This document shows, one piece after another, positions 60,598 through 64,000 of a DNA stretch of 64,000 nt (positions are counted from its first letter, which is position 1; every line of letters starts with the position of its first letter). The stretch is from Nitrosopumilus sp. (lineage in GTDB: Archaea > Thermoproteota > Nitrososphaeria > Nitrososphaerales > Nitrosopumilaceae), in contig OZ242041.1 in NCBI GenBank assembly GCA_965205215.1, forward strand, positions 64,001 to 128,000, given 5' to 3'. Both the position numbers and the translations under genes were made by a program. The notes under the pieces are model-generated. The model had not been told where the DNA came from. It worked only from the letters and a program-made list of their open reading frames with translations, and searched no databases.

Positions 60598-61017
60598 TTG
60601 AAGCTGGATCTTACATCCCTGGAAAACGCGGTCGACCAATTGGGTGAGGCCCTGATATTTTATGACCAAGAATCGGGCAAAAGTGACATGATGCAAAGGC
60701 AACTGCGTGCCGCCACCATCCAGGCCTTTGAATTCACATACGAAATTACAGTCAAAATGCTCAGAAGGCACCTAGAGGCCGTGTCAGACAGTCCGGAAGT
60801 CATAGACAGCATGAGCTTCAGCGACATCATGCGCGAGGCGTACAGGCGGGGCCTCGTGTCCTCGGACATCACCGTCTGGCGCGAATACCGCAAAAACCGC
60901 ACAATCACCAGCCACACGTACGATGTGACAAAAGCGCGGCAGGTGTTCGGGTCGATACCTGGCTTTCTGGAGGAAGCCCGGTATGTTGCGGGGCAGTTGA
61001 GGGAGAGGAACCAGTAG
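60598..61017 (+). CDS. hepT: HEPN toxin (HI0074-like)
   Basis: IQAFEFTYE and RTITSHTY (RX4HXY). Confidence 0.9.
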   Translation: MKLDLTSLENAVDQLGEALIFYDQESGKSDMMQRQLRAATIQAFEFTYEITVKMLRRHLEAVSDSPEVIDSMSFSDIMREAYRRGLVSSDITVWREYRKNRTITSHTYDVTKARQVFGSIPGFLEEARYVAGQLRERNQ

Positions 61018-61370
61018 TGACCGGCCCAATTGACATATCGCCAAGCCACCTCAAAATAGTACGCGATATTATTCGAGAACACCTGCCGTCAGACGTGGAC
61101 GTATGGGTGTTCGGAAGCAGGGCAGGCCGCACGACAAAGAACTCGTCGGATCTGGATCTCGCCATAAGGGGGCCCGAACGTATCAGTCACAAAGTAATGA
61201 CAGAGCTGGCGTATGCGTTTGAGGAGTCTGATCTCCCCTATACAGTCGACGTCGTGGACCTGATAACGGCCCATAGCAGATTCAGGCAGATCGTAGACGG
61301 GAACAAAATACCGTTGTTTTCGACCAAAAGCAGACGCCGCAACCGGAACGGCGCACAACCGGCACCGTAA
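61017..61370 (+). CDS. mntA: Minimal nucleotidyltransferase antitoxin
   Basis: FGSRAGRTTKNSSDLD (GSX10DXD), LPYTVDVVD; overlaps the hepT stop. Confidence 0.9.
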   Translation: MTGPIDISPSHLKIVRDIIREHLPSDVDVWVFGSRAGRTTKNSSDLDLAIRGPERISHKVMTELAYAFEESDLPYTVDVVDLITAHSRFRQIVDGNKIPLFSTKSRRRNRNGAQPAP

Positions 61371-61379
61371 TGGCCGCGG

Positions 61380-62429
61380 TCAGACCGGGGTCAGCGGCGT
61401 GTGGAGCAGTCCTTCAGACTCGTCAAAGCCACACATGACGTTCATGTTCTGTATGGCCGAGCCGGCGGCCCCCTTCATGAGGTTGTCGGACGCCGAGAGG
61501 GACACCAGCCTGCCGTTGTCCTCGTCTATGTCAAACCCGATGTCGCAAAAGTTCGAGCCCACCAAAAACTTTGGGTCGGGGAACTTGTAGAGCCCCTTCT
61601 TGTCGCGTATGAGCCTCACGAACTTTTCGTCGCCGTATGCCGAGCGGTATATCTTCCACAGATCCCTTTCGTTCACGTCCTTCGTCAGGAACGTGTGGTT
61701 GGTGCACAGTATGCCCCTGACGACGTCGACCGCGTGCGGGGACATCGACACCCTGATCTTGCGCCCCGCAACCTCGCTGAGCTCCTGCTCGATCTCGCCG
61801 GTATGCCTGTGCTTTGCGGGCTTGTAGGGCCTGATGACGCCGGCCCTCATCGCATGGGCGGTTCCCGAGCCCGAGCCGGCCCCCGACGAGCCTATCTTGG
61901 AGTCCACCACGACGTGGTCGGTGTCTATAATGTCGTTCCTGACCAGCGGCGCGAGCGCCAGCATCGAGGTGACCGCCATGCATCCGGGGCAGGACACCAG
62001 CTGCGCGTCCCTTATGGCGTCCCTGTGGAGCTCCGGCACGCCGTATACGGACTTGGGGAGATAGTCCGGGTGCGGGTGCTCCCACCCGTACCACTTGTCG
62101 TATCCCTCCTGGTCGTGCAGCCTATAGTCCGCGCTCAGGTCTATTATCTTGACGCCGCGGTCGTACAGCGCCTTTACAATCTCAGTGGCCGTCCCGTGCG
62201 GGACCGCCGTGAATACCAGGTCGCACTTGTCGGCCACCCTGTCGTAGTCCATCTCGGAGAACACCAGATCGGTGAACCCCTTGAGGCTCGGCTGCACCCT
62301 GTGCAGGTACTCGCCCACGTGCTGCCTGGACGTCACCATCGCGATCTCCGCCTTTGGGTGCGTGACGAGCAGCCTGAGGGTCTCGCCGCCGACGTACCCT
62401 GACGCGCCCACGACACCGACCTTTACCAT
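61380..62429 (-). CDS. lysY: [LysW]-phosphate reductase (ArgC family)
   Basis: VGASGYVG, DLSADYRL, PGC, HRH..E, DNLMKGAAG; start re-placed to 62429. Confidence 0.94.
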   Translation of the reverse strand: MVKVGVVGASGYVGGETLRLLVTHPKAEIAMVTSRQHVGEYLHRVQPSLKGFTDLVFSEMDYDRVADKCDLVFTAVPHGTATEIVKALYDRGVKIIDLSADYRLHDQEGYDKWYGWEHPHPDYLPKSVYGVPELHRDAIRDAQLVSCPGCMAVTSMLALAPLVRNDIIDTDHVVVDSKIGSSGAGSGSGTAHAMRAGVIRPYKPAKHRHTGEIEQELSEVAGRKIRVSMSPHAVDVVRGILCTNHTFLTKDVNERDLWKIYRSAYGDEKFVRLIRDKKGLYKFPDPKFLVGSNFCDIGFDIDEDNGRLVSLSASDNLMKGAAGSAIQNMNVMCGFDESEGLLHTPLTPV

Positions 62430-62526
62430 GCAGGCGCGCTCCGCGCGGGATAATTTATGTCCTGCACCGCGGGGCATTCTACGCGTGGCTCCCGTGCGCC
62501 GGCGCACGCGCCCGCGATATATATAA

Positions 62527-63411
62527 TCACTTTCTTGCGGCGTCTACGGCAAACTGCACCATGGCCTTTGGGATGTTTCTCTCGGAGACCTTTGAGAGCC
62601 CCTTGAACTCCACGGTATTGTTCACCTCGTGGACCACCAGGCGGCCGTCCTCCCTCTCCATCATGTCGACCCCCAGTATGCCGCCGCCCACCGCGTCTGA
62701 CGCGGCCGACGCCAGCTCGGCCATCTCGGGCGTCATGCTGCAGGCGACCGGGTCGCCGCCCAGGGCCAGGTTGGCCCTAAAGCCCCCGCCCGCCGACATC
62801 CTGTACATGGCCGATACCGGCTCGCCGCCCACCGTAATGACCCGTATGTCGCGCGTCCGGCCCTCCGCATCCTCGGATCGCCGTATCACCTCCTGCAGGT
62901 AGAATATCCGGTCAAACGGGCCGTCGGTCACAGACCTTGCCTCCAGTACGGCGGCAAGCGTGTCGGGGCCCCTTATCGGGATGACGCCCCTCCCCCAGCT
63001 GCCCACCACCGGCTTTATCACGAGGGGGTACCCAGCATCCTTCATGATATTCTCCGCAGCCTCGGCCGAGAACGCAAAGTGCGTCTTGGGGGTGGACACG
63101 CCGGCCCTCCTGAGCCTGAGGGTCATTATCATCTTGTTTCCGCATGCGGCGGCCACCTCGTACGCGTTTATCACGCGCGCGTCCAGCGACTCGAGCACGG
63201 ACGTCATGTGCAGTCCCCTGAAATAGCTGACGCACCGCTCAAGTACGACGTCGCAGCCGCCGGGTATGACGTCCCCCGGCGCAGAGTCGGTGGCCGATAC
63301 GGCGGTCTTTGCATCCAGCATCAGGATCTGGCAGCCGAGCGACTCGGCCTCCGACTTTAGCATCTTCTCCTCGGCCCTCAGGCGGTCAAAGGCAATGCAG
63401 AGCCTCGTCAT
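62527..63411 (-). CDS. argX: Second LysX/ArgX-family ligase
   Basis: RAEEK, ERCVS, KPVVGSWGR, FRANLALG, EVNNT.EF; follows argG-lysW. Confidence 0.85.
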   Translation of the reverse strand: MTRLCIAFDRLRAEEKMLKSEAESLGCQILMLDAKTAVSATDSAPGDVIPGGCDVVLERCVSYFRGLHMTSVLESLDARVINAYEVAAACGNKMIMTLRLRRAGVSTPKTHFAFSAEAAENIMKDAGYPLVIKPVVGSWGRGVIPIRGPDTLAAVLEARSVTDGPFDRIFYLQEVIRRSEDAEGRTRDIRVITVGGEPVSAMYRMSAGGGFRANLALGGDPVACSMTPEMAELASAASDAVGGGILGVDMMEREDGRLVVHEVNNTVEFKGLSKVSERNIPKAMVQFAVDAARK

Positions 63412-63417
63412 CGCCTG

Positions 63418-63585
63418 CTACTCTCCCCAGTCTTCACCCACTGTCTCTGCCTGCTTCAGCTTGATGTCTGAGCCGTCCTTGCCTGCAATCTCATAGTCGG
63501 CTCCGCAGTCGGGGCACGATATTATCTCGCCCGTGTCGGCATCATCTGGTATGCCGAGTTCTGCGTCGCATTCCGGACAGTTCAT
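63418..63585 (-). CDS. lysW: LysW/ArgW carrier protein ending EDWGE (55 aa)
   Basis: Hand-translated MNCPECDAELGIPDDADTGEIISCPDCGADYEIAGKDGSDIKLKQAETVGEDWGE. Confidence 0.95.
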   Translation of the reverse strand: MNCPECDAELGIPDDADTGEIISCPDCGADYEIAGKDGSDIKLKQAETVGEDWGE

Positions 63586-64000
63586 GATTTTTCTGCCCTT
63601 GCCTCTTGTAATTTATTAGCTTCTGTAAGCTGCATGCCCCATATCTCGACGAACCCCGCCGCCATCCTCTGGTCAAAGGTCGAGCCTGTCCCATATGTGG
63701 ACCTCCTCTGGTCGTACAGCGAGTTCTTGGACTTGCGTCCCACCACCCGGAGGCTGCCCTTGTATAGCCTGAGCCTGACGGTTCCCGTCACGGGCTCCTG
63801 CGACGCGTCGATGAACGCGTCCAGGCACTCCCTGAGGGGATCCTGCCACAGGCCCGCATACGCCAAGTACGCCCACTCCGCGTCGATCGTCCTTTTGAAC
63901 CTGCCCGTGCGGCCCGTATGCACCATCTTCTCGAGGTCCGCGTGCGCCTCTATGAGGCACGCCGCCGCAGGGGTCTCGTATATCTCGCGGGACTTTATGC
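63582..64000 (-). CDS. argG: Argininosuccinate synthase (C-terminal part; runs off window)
   Basis: IKSREIYETPAA, Y.GLW..P, VTGTVRLRLYKG, SLY, GFVEIWG. Confidence 0.94.
   Translation of the reverse strand, partial: IKSREIYETPAAACLIEAHADLEKMVHTGRTGRFKRTIDAEWAYLAYAGLWQDPLRECLDAFIDASQEPVTGTVRLRLYKGSLRVVGRKSKNSLYDQRRSTYGTGSTFDQRMAAGFVEIWGMQLTEANKLQEARAEKS

Overview
High-GC ammonia-oxidising archaeon (Nitrosopumilaceae/Cenarchaeum-like, plausibly a sponge or invertebrate symbiont). The assignment rests on topoisomerase IB, the ADP-forming 3-hydroxypropionyl-CoA synthetase/dehydratase pair, the LysW-dependent Lys/Arg cluster and an intron-containing tRNA-Met. Bases 1-22.6 kb are an accessory island. 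It holds two tandem giant modular surface proteins (PKD-like, DUF285/BspA, LVIVD, DUF5011-like Ig and FN3 modules), each followed by a ~300-nt non-coding element showing compensatory base-pair changes. It also holds an AsnC/RAM-like + frameshifted HAD phosphatase pair and a tyrosine recombinase with Asp in place of the box I Arg. The recombinase is flanked by ~55-bp imperfect direct repeats and followed by a hairpin-rich region. Bases 22.6-64 kb are core thaumarchaeal genes interrupted by a fused SBP, a half-domain-permuted SBP (both ending PPV..CR), an IS5-like remnant and a HEPN/MNT toxin-antitoxin inserted in the lys/arg operon. Five small genes missed by the ORF track were found by hand, including a LysW ending in EDWGQ instead of EDWGE. 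All family calls come from motif recognition by eye; no database search was run.
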